From Octopus vulgaris (lineage: Eukaryota): 64,000 bases of DNA. The notes under the pieces were generated by a model. It did not search any database. It saw only the letters and a program-made list of their open reading frames with translations, and had not been told where the DNA came from. Each line of letters begins with the position of its first letter. Within the stretch, counting starts at the first letter, position 1. Location: assembly GCA_951406725.2 (NCBI GenBank), contig OX597840.1, forward strand, positions 16,554,001-16,618,000, given 5' to 3'. Of the stretch, positions 52,136 to 64,000 are shown one piece after another. A program made the position numbers and the translations under genes.

Positions 52136-52633
52136 TACTCTTTTACTTGTTTCAGTCATTTGACTGTGGCCATGTTGGAGCACCGCCTTTAGTCATATAT
52201 ATGACGGGCTTCTTTCAGTTTCCGCCGACCAAATCCACTCACAAGGCTTTGGTCGCCCCGATGCTATAGTAGTGGGACTGAACCCAGAAGCTACTTACCA
52301 CACAGCCATATATATATGGCACCTTGGGCAAGTGTCTTCTACTATAGCCTTGGGCCGACCAAAGCCTTGTGAGTGGATTTGGTAAACGGAAACTGAAAGA
52401 AGCCCGTCGTATATATGTATATATATATATGTATGCGTGTGTATATGTTTGTGTGTCTGTGTTTGTCCCCCCACCATCGATTGACAACCGATGCTGGTGT
52501 GTTTACGTCCCCGTAACTTAGCTGTTCGTCCCCGTAACTTAGTAGAATAAGTACTAGACACAAGAATAAGTCATTTTCAACTAAGGCGGTGCTCAGCATC
52601 ACATGACTGAAACAAGTAAAAAGTAAAAAAAAG

Positions 52634-52679
<46 letters not shown>

Positions 52680-53218
52680 CTTTTTTAAACTTTTTACTTG
52701 TTTCAGTCATGTGACTATGGCCATACTGGAGCACGCCTTTAGTTGAGCAAATCGACCCCAGGACTTATTCTTTGTAAGCCTAGTACTTATTCTACCGGTC
52801 TCTTTTGCCGAACAGCTAAGTTATGGGGACAAACACACCAGCATCGGTTGTCAATCGATGGTGGGGTGACAAACACAGACACACAAACATATACACACAC
52901 ATACATATATATATATACATATATACGACGGGCTTCTTTCAGTTTCCGTTTACCAAATCCACTCACAAGGCTTTGGTCGGCCCAAGGCTATAGTAGAAGA
53001 CACTTGCCCAAGGTGCCATACATATATGGCTGTGTGGTAAGTAGCTTGCTTACCAACCACATGGTTCCGGGTTCAGTCCCACTACTATAGCATCGGGGCG
53101 ACCAAAGCCTTGTGAGTGGATTTGGTCGACGGAAACTGAAAGAAGCCCATCATATATATGACTAAAGGCAGTGCTCCAACATGGCCACAGTCAAATGACT
53201 GAAACAAGTAAAAGAGTA
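52136..53218. repeat. ~1.1-kb palindrome of rearranged SINE A copies centred on (AT)n
   Basis: Both arms carry the same private deletions and junctions (ttagtcatatatatga.gggc; gatgctatagtagtgggac; cagccatatat.tatggcacc). Confidence 0.85.
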
Positions 53219-53230
53219 TATATATATATT

Positions 53231-53279
<49 letters not shown>

Positions 53280-53577
53280 TACTGGGAGAAGAAGAAGAAA
53301 CGAAATATATTCTTCTTGGAATATATTTAAAAAACGGAAATTTGGAAGTTATTAGAGTCGACCTTTGACTTTCTAAAATCCCGACCGAACGATTCCTTGT
53401 GATCGATTGTTGTCCTTCATTTAGACTGGTTGTATCTAGCTTCATATATTACCCCGCCCCACACTTAGTTGTTTCTTCCTTTCTCTAAATCTTGCCACTA
53501 CATCAGTTAGTGCTCCTTCCCCTCACTATTTCTAGCACTCTCCTTTTTCTTGTTTCTTCTGTAATATTCTTTTATCA

Positions 53578-53634
<57 letters not shown>

Positions 53635-53730
53635 TACACAAACACATACATATATACATGATACATACATATATATATATATATATGTATGTATATATGT
53701 ATGTACGTATGCACGAATGTATGTATGCAT

Positions 53731-53800
<70 letters not shown>

Positions 53801-54248
53801 AAGAGAGGGAGAAAGAGCAGTTAAAGCCGAACTCCAACGTATCGAACGGCTGTAGTTTTTAAAATAAAAATAAAATAAAAGCAAACGGACTTTTCTCCTT
53901 AGTACGAACATGATGTAAAGCGAACGAAATAGATGAGGTCTATTTTATTAGTTACTCTGGTCAATACAAAACTAGTTTCACGATTAATTTAGGAAACTAA
54001 ATAAATCAATTAAAAAAAATTAACTTAATTTAGAAGCACATTTTCCGATCTTCAGTTGTATATACTATCTTTTAAGAAAAAATATAATAACTATAATATT
54101 TTATAGTCATATTCTTTCATTGCACATCAATTCGTAAGCCAAGGTTTCCAGTATATTGAGAAACGTTTGATAGGGAGAAGAAACATAACATCTTTGTACA
54201 CATTCAAACACTGCGAAACACAGATCAAAAAGTTGTACATACATACAC

Positions 54249-54297
<49 letters not shown>

Positions 54298-54386
54298 TAC
54301 ATACATACATACATACATACATACATACATACATACATACATACATACACACACATACACACACACACATACATACATACATACAC

Positions 54387-54444
<58 letters not shown>

Positions 54445-54459
<15 letters not shown>

Positions 54460-57400
54460 TGAGAATGTGTGTGTGTGTCTGTCTGTCTGTGTGTTTCCCT
54501 TAAACTTGAGAACTACACAACCAATTTCATTCAAATTTTTCACGCCTTACTTAAGGTCCGGGGAGTATCATCGGCAAAAAAATCTTAACTTTTTCCCTAG
54601 GGCAACCCCACAGCAATATCATATCTTCTCCAATATTTCAGTATTATGTGTTAAAAGTGAAACAAAAATATCTCTCTTTTGTAATGCAGACACTTTCACT
54701 TTAATACTGAAACTATTAAAGTGAAAGTATTATATAACAGAGATGAACCATTAACAAGTGGTCATCCATTTTGCTAGAAGAAGATCCGCTATGGTCTTAT
54801 ATGCTACACCACTGGTTTTCAATTCATATTAATCAAATTAATATTCAATTTTTCACCCTTATTATGCGTGTGTGTGTATTAGCAATTCGTATAAAATTGC
54901 ATCAATACCTTGAACTTGAATTAGTGGTTTCACATAAATGGAGAAACGTTAAAAAGGTTTGTTATTATTATTACTGTTTGACGATTGTAATCACGTTTGT
55001 TGGTTCCTCGTCAGGGAAATGTTGTTGTGTTGCATTTGTTAAATAATTGTAAACCGTAACCCTCCCCTTTCGGAGAAGGGGCTTTGGTTATTGTTTAAAA
55101 ATTGAATTGTGTCCCTGTTTGGGGAAATTGACAATATTTTCACCGTCTTTACGGAAGCATTTTTGTTAAAATGCCTTCGATAGAAGAAAGTCCAAAAATG
55201 AATTTCGCTGCAGCCGCACACTTCTATACAAGAGGGAGGACAAGATCCAATTGATCGAAATTGCAAGAGACGGGCCTACAATTCCAGTCTGTTATATATT
55301 TTGAGTATTGTTATCACTAGCGATATCATGATATAACTTTGTATTTTGTATTTTATGTGTAGATGTATATATATATAGACGTACATGTAATATGTACACA
55401 TATATATACACATATATACATGCATAATATATCCACCCATACACACATACGCACACACACACACACATACATAGGAGCAGGTCTGGCTGTGTGGTAACAA
55501 ACTACGTTCCAAGCACATGGTCCTGGGTTCAGTCCCACTGTGTGGTGACTTGGCATGTGTCTTCTGCTGTAGCCTCAGACCAACAAAAGCCTTCTCAGTG
55601 GATTTTGTACATATATACAGGCATACATACATATATATACATGCATACGTACATATTCGGCTTAAACACTCTACCACTACAACTAATAACTGTTGGGAAC
55701 ACTTTCAAACCTGCCTTACATTCGAACCTGAATCTCAATGCCCGAGTTTTCCATCTGAAGTTAATCTCTCTCATGGAGCTCACACAAAAAGGGCAAGTCT
55801 TTGGGCCCATACAGTGTGACATGTACACAATCGAGTGGCAAAAAGGGGACTTCCACATGCTCATATCCTGCTTTGGCTCTCAGCGAAGATCAATTCCAAT
55901 GACATCGACAAAATAATCTCTGCAGAGCTTCCTGATTCAGCTTTAGACAAAGAACTATACGAAATAGTTAAAGCAAACATGGTCCATGTGGGCGTGGATT
56001 CAACATAAACTCACCTTGCTTGAAGGACAGCATATGTTCAAAAAGATTTTCAAGGAGGTTCCTACAAGAAACTCAGACAGGTGCTGATGGGTATCCATCA
56101 AACAGACGCAGAAAACCAGAAGACGGAGGTTTCACAGCAACTATCGGACAGCCCGATATTGATAATAGATGGATTGTTCCATACTGCCCACTCCTGTCAA
56201 AAACTTTCAATGCCCACATCAACGTTGAGTTTTGCAACTCCGTTAAATCCATCAAGTACGTTTGCAAATATGTAAACAAGGGTTCTGACGCTGCAATGTT
56301 TGGACTTTAACAAGAATACTGCCAGGATGAGGTGACGCATTGGTACATAAGTAGAAACGAGGCTTTCTGGCGCATCTTTGGCTTTCCAATTCACCAACGA
56401 TACCCCGCCATTCAACAGCTTGCATGCACCTGGAAAATGGTCAAAGAGTGTACTTCACCGATGCTAATGCTTCTCTGTTGGCAGAGGAACCAAGGGATAG
56501 CACACTCACTGCATTCTTCAAGCTTTGTCAAGTGGATCCATTCACTTAAACCTTGCTGTATCCACAGATTCCATCGTACTACACTTGGAATGGAAAAATA
56601 TGGGCCCCACGGAAAGCAGGTCAAAATGTTCATGGATACCTTGGCATTAAGTTTCACACTTGCATCCCACTCAACAAGAGTGCTTCTACCTTCGTCTACT
56701 ACTGCATGAGGTTAGCGGGCCAACGTCTTTCCAGGCCCTAAAAACCGTTCATGGACATGTCTGCACAACATACAGAGAAACCTGCTATCGACAAGGTCTG
56801 TTAGAAGATGGTGCACAATGGGATGTAACTTTAGGAGAGGCTGCTTTATCACAATCACCTAAAAGTCTCAGGGCACTATTTGCAGTATTACTACAGGCAT
56901 GCGAACTGCGTTATCCGGCCACTCTAGGGCTCAAATATAGAGACAACCTGGCTGAAGACTTTCAGCGCCAAGCTCAACTGCTCTATCCTGACATGGAGGG
57001 TGCCAGCAATGAAATCTATAACAAAACACTCATTGACATTGAAGACAGAATTGCTAAACTGGGTGGAAATGAATTGTCGACGTATGGCCTACCACAAGCA
57101 TTCAGGTCAGGGTCAAATTGCCTTCCCACTGATGTCATTCGACACTCAAGCGCTTTCAAAGTACATTGTTGAAAATGAGCCTAAATTACTTCCGGACCAG
57201 CTGCAGGCCTACAGAACTATTCTTCCTCGATGCTCCTGGAGGGACAGGAAAAACATTTATTACAAAGCTTCTCCCTGCAGAAATTAGGCAGCATCAGGAC
57301 ATTGCAGTAGCTGTAGCCTCCTCTGGCATTGCAGCTACTTTGTTACCCGGTGGCAGAACAGCACACTCAACTTTTAAACTCCCTCTCAATTTAGCAGCAT

Positions 57401-58610
57401 CCGAAATGCCTTCATGCAACATCAACAAAAGGGACAAGTACTTAAAATGTGTCATCTAATTGTCTGGGATGAGTGCACAATGGCTCACAAGGGAGCTTTG
57501 GAAGCATTAGATAGAGCCCTGAAAGACATCCGAGACTGTCAGGCTCCAATGGGAGGTGTAACGCTTCTGTTGTCAGGTGATTCCAGGCAAACTCTTCCTG
57601 TCATTCCGAAAGGCACTAGAGCAGATGAAGTCCAAGCATGCCTAAAGTCCTGTGGCATCATGTGCCCTGTGGCATCATGTTACAATCCTCAGTCTCACCA
57701 CTAACATGAGAGCTCAGCTACACGGCGACAAAATATCCACAAAGTTTGCACAGGACATTTTGACACTTGGTGAAGGCGATGCCTCTCGATGCTGCAGGAC
57801 AAATGGAAGTGTGGTCATTTTCCTCTGTTTTTAATTCTGTAGATGACATCAAAAACAAAGTCTTTCCCAACTTCACACAAAACTACCAAAATCACAATTG
57901 GCTGTGTGAAAGAGCAATATTAGCTCCAAAAAACGTCGCTGTTAACAAAATTAATCAACAGCTAATGCATTCTCTTCCCGGCACTATACACACTTACAAG
58001 TCTGTTGATACAATTCCAGATATAAATGAAGTTGTGAACTATCCTCCTGAATTTCTCAATTCACTGGAGCCTCCTGGACTACCTCCACACATATTAGCAC
58101 TTAAAGTTGGAACTCCACAATCTGGAACCACTAAGACTTTGCAATGGAACACGACTGGCGATAAAGAAAATGATGTCACACGTTATCGAGGCGATCATTC
58201 TTCCTGGATGTGGAAAATGTGATGACGTCTTTATTCCAAGAATTCCTCCACCAGGAGCAGAAATTCCATTTACATTCAGAAGACTGCAATTCCCCCTTCG
58301 TGTCAGCTCTGCCATGTCCATTAACAAATCTCAGGGTCAAACCCTCTCTGTAGCTGGTCTTCTCTTGGAAGAACCCTGCTTCTCGCATGAGCAACTGTAT
58401 GTTGGCTGCTCAAGAGTAGGAACCAAAAGAATTCTTTTTGTATATGCTCCACAAGGAAAAACAAGGAACATTGTTTACAACGAGGTGTTATAATCTCAAC
58501 AGCCAGGAGGTATATACATGATCCCCCTTTTTTTAACAAACTTCATGTACTTTCATGTATTTATATTAATATGCATATGTGTGTGTGTGTGTGTGTGTGT
58601 GTTTGTGTAT

Positions 58611-58646
<36 letters not shown>

Positions 58647-58703
58647 CAGAAAAGTCTAATTCTTCAATTGAATGTAACCGAGCAACGCCGGGTATCTCTG
58701 CTA

Positions 58704-58704
<1 letters not shown>
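54445..58704 (+). mobile_element. Helitron (decayed autonomous element)
   Basis: 5' atatataaaactgagaatgtgtgt...gtctgtctgt. 3' hairpin ccgagcaacgccgg followed by CTAG|T at 58701-58705. Internal RepHel remnant. Confidence 0.88.
55700..58493 (+). pseudogene. Helitron Rep/PIF1-helicase pseudogene
   Basis: IEWQK(R)GLPHAHIL, KYVCKYVNKG, LDAPGGTGKT, LIVWDECTM, GDSRQTLPVI, INKSQGQTL, FSHEQLYVGCSRV, with many frameshifts. Confidence 0.93.
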
Positions 58705-58746
<42 letters not shown>

Positions 58747-58749
<3 letters not shown>

Positions 58750-59247
58750 GGAAAAATGCAAGCATGAGAAGTAATATTCTTAAGATTATAAACCTGGAAA
58801 AGTACGGGACAAGTTATTACACCTGTAAACGTATAGGACAAACTACTACTTCAAGTAAAATAAAGAATAAGAAACTTTTTACTTAAAATATTGCGCCAAA
58901 GAATGCCACTTCTTCTAATTTATCACTCTTAAGAGTTCTCATCTTTTATTGCGCAAAACTGTTCAGCTAATTTGCATGTTTTTCTAATTAGTCACTATTT
59001 TCTGTATTTAAAGTAGTAAATGAGCCAAATTGTACTTAAATATGTATAGTATTATTTGAAAACTATAATGAAATAATTTTTAATATTCAAATTTTAATTT
59101 TAGCTGCAATATTTTAAGTAAAAAGTTTCTTATTCTTTACTTGAAGTAATAGCTTGTCCTATACTCTTACAGGTGTAATAACTTGTCCTGTACTTTTCCA
59201 GGTTTATAATCTTAAAAATCTTATTCTTCATGCTTGCATTTTTCCAC
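58747..59247. mobile_element. MITE with ~145-bp TIRs
   Basis: tggaaaaatgcaagcatga...ttacttaaaatattgc (58749-58894) versus gcaatattttaagtaa...tcatgcttgcatttttcca (59106-59246). Confidence 0.85.
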
Positions 59248-59848
59248 GCAATCCATGATTTTTCCAGACATTGCTGTTATAAGATAAGTAATAATGTTTA
59301 AATAATTTAAGATTTTACCTTATAAAATACTGAAAAATAATATTTCAATTTATCCATGTTGAATTTAAATATATGTTGTGATTGAATTATTTGATATTAC
59401 CCATCTACACCTAATTTATGACAGGAATTTTACCATGTTGTTCGTTGCACCATGGATCACCAAAAATTACAAACAACAAGATCCCAAAACGATCAGTTAC
59501 CAGGCTCACCTAAAGTAACCTAATTTTGCAATATTATGAGGTCACAGGAATTCATTCAACGAAAAAAACATTTCCATCGATTCCGGGATTGGAAGGGTGA
59601 ACCCCACCTAATTTTTTCCGAATCAAAATAAGGGATTTGCAGCACATTAGGAGGTCAAGGTCTTAATTCCACGCAAAAAATCTTTTTTTCTTCTTAGTGA
59701 AAATCGTGCGGTCGTTAATATAGAAATTGACTATAATGTTGTTATTTAGCCTCAAATCAACCTTGATACTGAAAACATCTCCAGCCTTCAGCAAACCGTC
59801 TTTTTAGGGATAATCTAGGACATTACATACAATGGGCGTGTGATTTAG

Positions 59849-60362
59849 TTCTTCTTCTTCTTCTTCTTCTTCTTCTTCTTCTTCTTCTTCTTCTTCTTCT
59901 TCTTCTTCTTCTTCTTCTTCTTCTTCTTCTTCTTCTTCTTCTTCTTCTTCTTCTTCTTCTTCTTCTTCTTCTTCCAATCAGGATTCACGCCATTAGCCAC
60001 AAAGAATAATCTCTAATTCGAGCCTACTCTAAGCTGCTAATAATGTGTGTGGCAACTTGAAGATCCACCCACCACACGCGATTGACTGGCGGTTGCATGG
60101 GCACGAAATGGTGGCTTTTAACGGGTGGAGAGCTGAACCATCCTGGGGTACAGAGGATTCGCAATCTAGACTAGGGTCTGAAAGTTTATCACACCATAGT
60201 TCCTTTGCTATGTGGCAGAAGTAGGAAAAAAGGGTGAGAGAAAGGCGTGAGTACAGCGGGGTTCACCCCCACCCCGCCGGAGCCTCGTGGGGCTTGGGTG
60301 TTTTTGCTCAATAATCACTCACGGTCTGGGAATCGAAACCGCGTTCTTACGACCGCGAGTTC
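59849..60362 (-). mobile_element. Second copy of the (GAA)n-tailed SINE
   Basis: Reverse complement of 46045-46654. Confidence 0.8.
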
Positions 60363-60544
60363 ACTGCTGCTGTTGTTGTTGTTGTCACCTTTGTTATTAT
60401 TGTTGTTGGAGCTGTTGATGCTGCTGCTGATGATGTTCTTGCTGTTGTTGCTACTTGTACTCAACTCGTTCGTTGCTTCGCTCACGAAAGGGCTCTCATT
60501 TACGAAATTGCTGTATTTTTATTTCGAACGATGTCGTCAAAAAC

Positions 60545-61215
60545 GAAGCTGGGAAACTTCAGAGATACTCTATAATCCAGGTGTATTGCAGAAATCGGCT
60601 TTGCTTGGAACTGCACGCATATTGCGTAAAGTACTGTCGGTATGAGGTTGTGACTGGACAGGCAGTACAAACCCCCGGTAGACAAAATATCTTCACTGAA
60701 CAACATCACGATATTGCATACTGTGCGACGTTTTCAATAATAATAATAATAATAACAACAACAACAACAACAACAACAATCCTTTCTTTATTAGTCACAA
60801 GCGCCGACAATAATAATAATAATAATAACAACAGGCGAAAGAATTTGACAAGATTAGTAAATATAAAGATTTGCTAATAGAAATTGAAAAAATGTGGCAT
60901 CTCAAGGCGACTACAGTACCAGTGATTGTAGGATCTCTAGGAATGATAAAAAAAGAAGGTACTGAAACCTATTTGAAAATGATTCTAGGCTTATCATCCC
61001 TACAGGAAGTACAAAAAATCGTGTTAACTGGACTCATGTACTGAGAAGAGCATTATCGCTGTGAAAACAACATCCATTCATGAATTTATTTATTCATTAA
61101 TTTTTTAAATACATATTTTATCTGTGAATTTGCGTGTGTAATCTGGGAATGCATACAATGAGCTTCTCTGCCCTAGGTGTACAGAAAACACTCGGCGAGA
61201 AACGGAAGAAAATTT
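60545..61215 (+). pseudogene. R4/Dong-type LINE 3' ends in (AAT)n
   Basis: LQKSALLGTARILRKVL* (60586-60645) and KISKYKDLLIEIEKMWHLKATTVPVIVGSLG...EVQKIVLTG (60848-61032). Confidence 0.75.
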
Positions 61216-61294
61216 GAAGAAAGAAGAAAAAAAAACAACAACAACAACAACAACGACAATAATAATAATAATAATGATAATAATAATAATAAAA

Positions 61295-61850
61295 TCCCTG
61301 ATGCAGGACCAGGCAGTGGCTCTCATGGCTTCTGATCTTAACTGATTCGAAGTGTTATTATATACATTGTTTTGTCTTGGTATAAAAGATAAACTAACAG
61401 CAAATATTCTGCTCAATACCACAGATTTGCTTGTCACTTGTTTGACCTTAACCAGTTGAGCATGTCCATTAGTGGCTGACGATATGTGCATCTCTGATTA
61501 CGAGCAGAAGTAGTGGGGGAGCATCTTAGCCATGTGTTGAGAGGGATTCTTTGGGGTTTGGATAATTCACCTCTGGAAACATGAGTGGTTTGTTCAACAT
61601 CTTTAAACAACCCTTATTCAGGGCCCTTTTGTGCAGGATGGGTTACTCGACCAAAACAAAATTCTAACTGGGCCCCACTTACAAGGTCATGTGCTGTTTA
61701 TCTTGATATGAGATCACCATGTCGCACACATATGGTTGTGATGCATGCGCCTAGTGTACCCTTATCAGACGGGTAGTCATGATGGGTATACTGGGCTTCG
61801 TATATTTTACCCCAGTGTCACTTTGATGGTATGCACTGCTCTCTTACTCA
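61295..61850 (+). mobile_element. ~550-bp non-autonomous retroelement flanked by (AAT)n on both sides
   Basis: Reverse complement of 9400-9918. Confidence 0.75.
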
Positions 61851-61859
61851 ATAATGATA

Positions 61860-61894
<35 letters not shown>

Positions 61895-61910
61895 AATGAT
61901 AATAATAATA

Positions 61911-61957
<47 letters not shown>

Positions 61958-62293
61958 TGCACACATATTTACATACACTAAACACACACACACACACATT
62001 TACATAAGTAATTTATTTAAAATAAAACCCATGCATTGTAAATGTGCATTCCAGAAAAAGGAACACAAGAACAGCCAACGTACGTAACTGAAATAACGAG
62101 GTGTACTTAATAAAAATCTGAGTTTACAAGAGGATCCGGGCATTTACTCAGCATTTCGTTTGGTGTAAATGTGAAGTAAGCTCCTCACGCTATCCATCTT
62201 GTAATGCGTTTTATATAATATTACTGAACGTTGTATCGAGTTATCACTTCACATCGATACAAAAGATGCCCTTTTATATGTATGTATGTATGT

Positions 62294-62364
<71 letters not shown>

Positions 62365-62812
62365 TGAGTAAGTAAATAATAATAAGATATGAAGTTCTAT
62401 TTTGTCTTTTCACTCAGAGGACGAAGATAAATCAAAACAGAATCCACCATTTATTGCGGATGGGATTATGTATCTGTTTAGAGAAGCCCGTGTAAGTATG
62501 TATGTATGTGTGTATGTGTGTATGTATGTGTGTATGTATGTGTGTATGTGTGTATGTGTGTATGTATGTGTGTGTGTATGTATGTGTGTATGTGTGTATG
62601 TATGTATGTATGTATGTATGTATGTATGTATGTGTGTGTGTGTGTATGTATGTATGTGTGTGCGTATGTATGTATGGATGTATTTATCTAACTATAGTAG
62701 CCATCTTTCATTTAATTTCCTTGTGGCTACAGTATTCATATATATGTATGTATAAATAGGTATATATAGACGTATATATATGTAAATATATGCATACATA
62801 CACATATCTACG

Positions 62813-62849
<37 letters not shown>

Positions 62850-62858
62850 ATATCTATA

Positions 62859-62897
<39 letters not shown>

Positions 62898-62916
62898 GTA
62901 TGTATATATATATATG

Positions 62917-62981
<65 letters not shown>

Positions 62982-62986
62982 GTATG

Positions 62987-63038
<52 letters not shown>

Positions 63039-63269
63039 TATAAACATACATACATCAACATATGTGCGTGTGTATATATACAAACAAATAATAACCAGAT
63101 TTAATTCAGCTTTCTTTTAGCCATGATTTGTTACGTGTGTGTATGATTGTATGTCCGTCTATACAGACATGCTTACATACACTCATAGATAGATGGAAAG
63201 ATAGATAGATACATACATACATACATGCATAGATACATATATACATTCATACAAACATACATACATAAA

Positions 63270-63301
<32 letters not shown>

Positions 63302-63330
63302 CACATATACAAATACATACATACATATAC

Positions 63331-63390
<60 letters not shown>

Positions 63391-64000
63391 GGAGAGAGAG
63401 AGAGAGATAAACACACAGATATATACTCACACACACACATGCACTTACACACTTATATACGTACTTACACACACACTGGCACTTACACGCATTTATACAT
63501 ACACTAGCATAGGCATAGTTACGTACTCACTCAGAGACACACAGACACACGCACACGCACGAACACACTCTTTCTCTCACACACTTACCCGTACACGTAC
63601 ACACACACACCCAGCCCCGTCCACCCTTCCATTTCCTATTGTTTTCCTTACCAGTACTAATATATATTATTAATTACTGTTAGAAAACAGAACGAAATAG
63701 TATTCAATATACAATTTCAGATAAAGTCTCTTGGCACTGGAATCTATCTGAATGCCTCGGTCGTTAAGCGAATTTTGTCTTAGTAACTGAATTCCGATTT
63801 CGAACCACAGCGTGGCCTCCTGGGCATGTTTTATTTAATTTATTTCTTGTCATTATCGCGGTTTGACATATCTTTTGAACGAAATTGGATTGTAATGATC
63901 TACGTAGACTATGCTGAATGTATCTTTGGATGGATGCGTGTATTAAGCATGAATGAATGTTTGTATTTTATTTGAGAACACACACTCACACACACACCGA

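Overview
Eukaryotic, AT-rich, microsatellite-saturated genomic DNA. The SINE repertoire and the (AT)n/(ATAC)n/(AAT)n density look like an octopod cephalopod; this is inferred from repeat style and not confirmed by a search. The only host gene I can support is the last two coding exons (1601-1745, 4843-5231, +) of a divergent cyclooxygenase/prostaglandin G/H synthase-like gene. The rest is mostly mobile-element debris: several tRNA-derived SINE families, a Tc1 element with an internal inversion, mariner, Gypsy integrase, CR1-type and R4/Dong-type LINE remnants, a pseudogenised Helitron, MITEs and a Penelope GIY-YIG remnant. Almost all ORF-track entries are microsatellite translations. The least expected signal is about ten type I hammerhead-ribozyme motifs in at least six unrelated small repeat families. 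Several sit in head-to-head palindromes, one is fused to a tRNA-like Pol III head, and there are two recurrent core variants (U.U at the base of stem II; CUGUUGA). They point to a set of Penelope-mobilised, ribozyme-bearing non-autonomous elements. All folds and alignments were done by eye.
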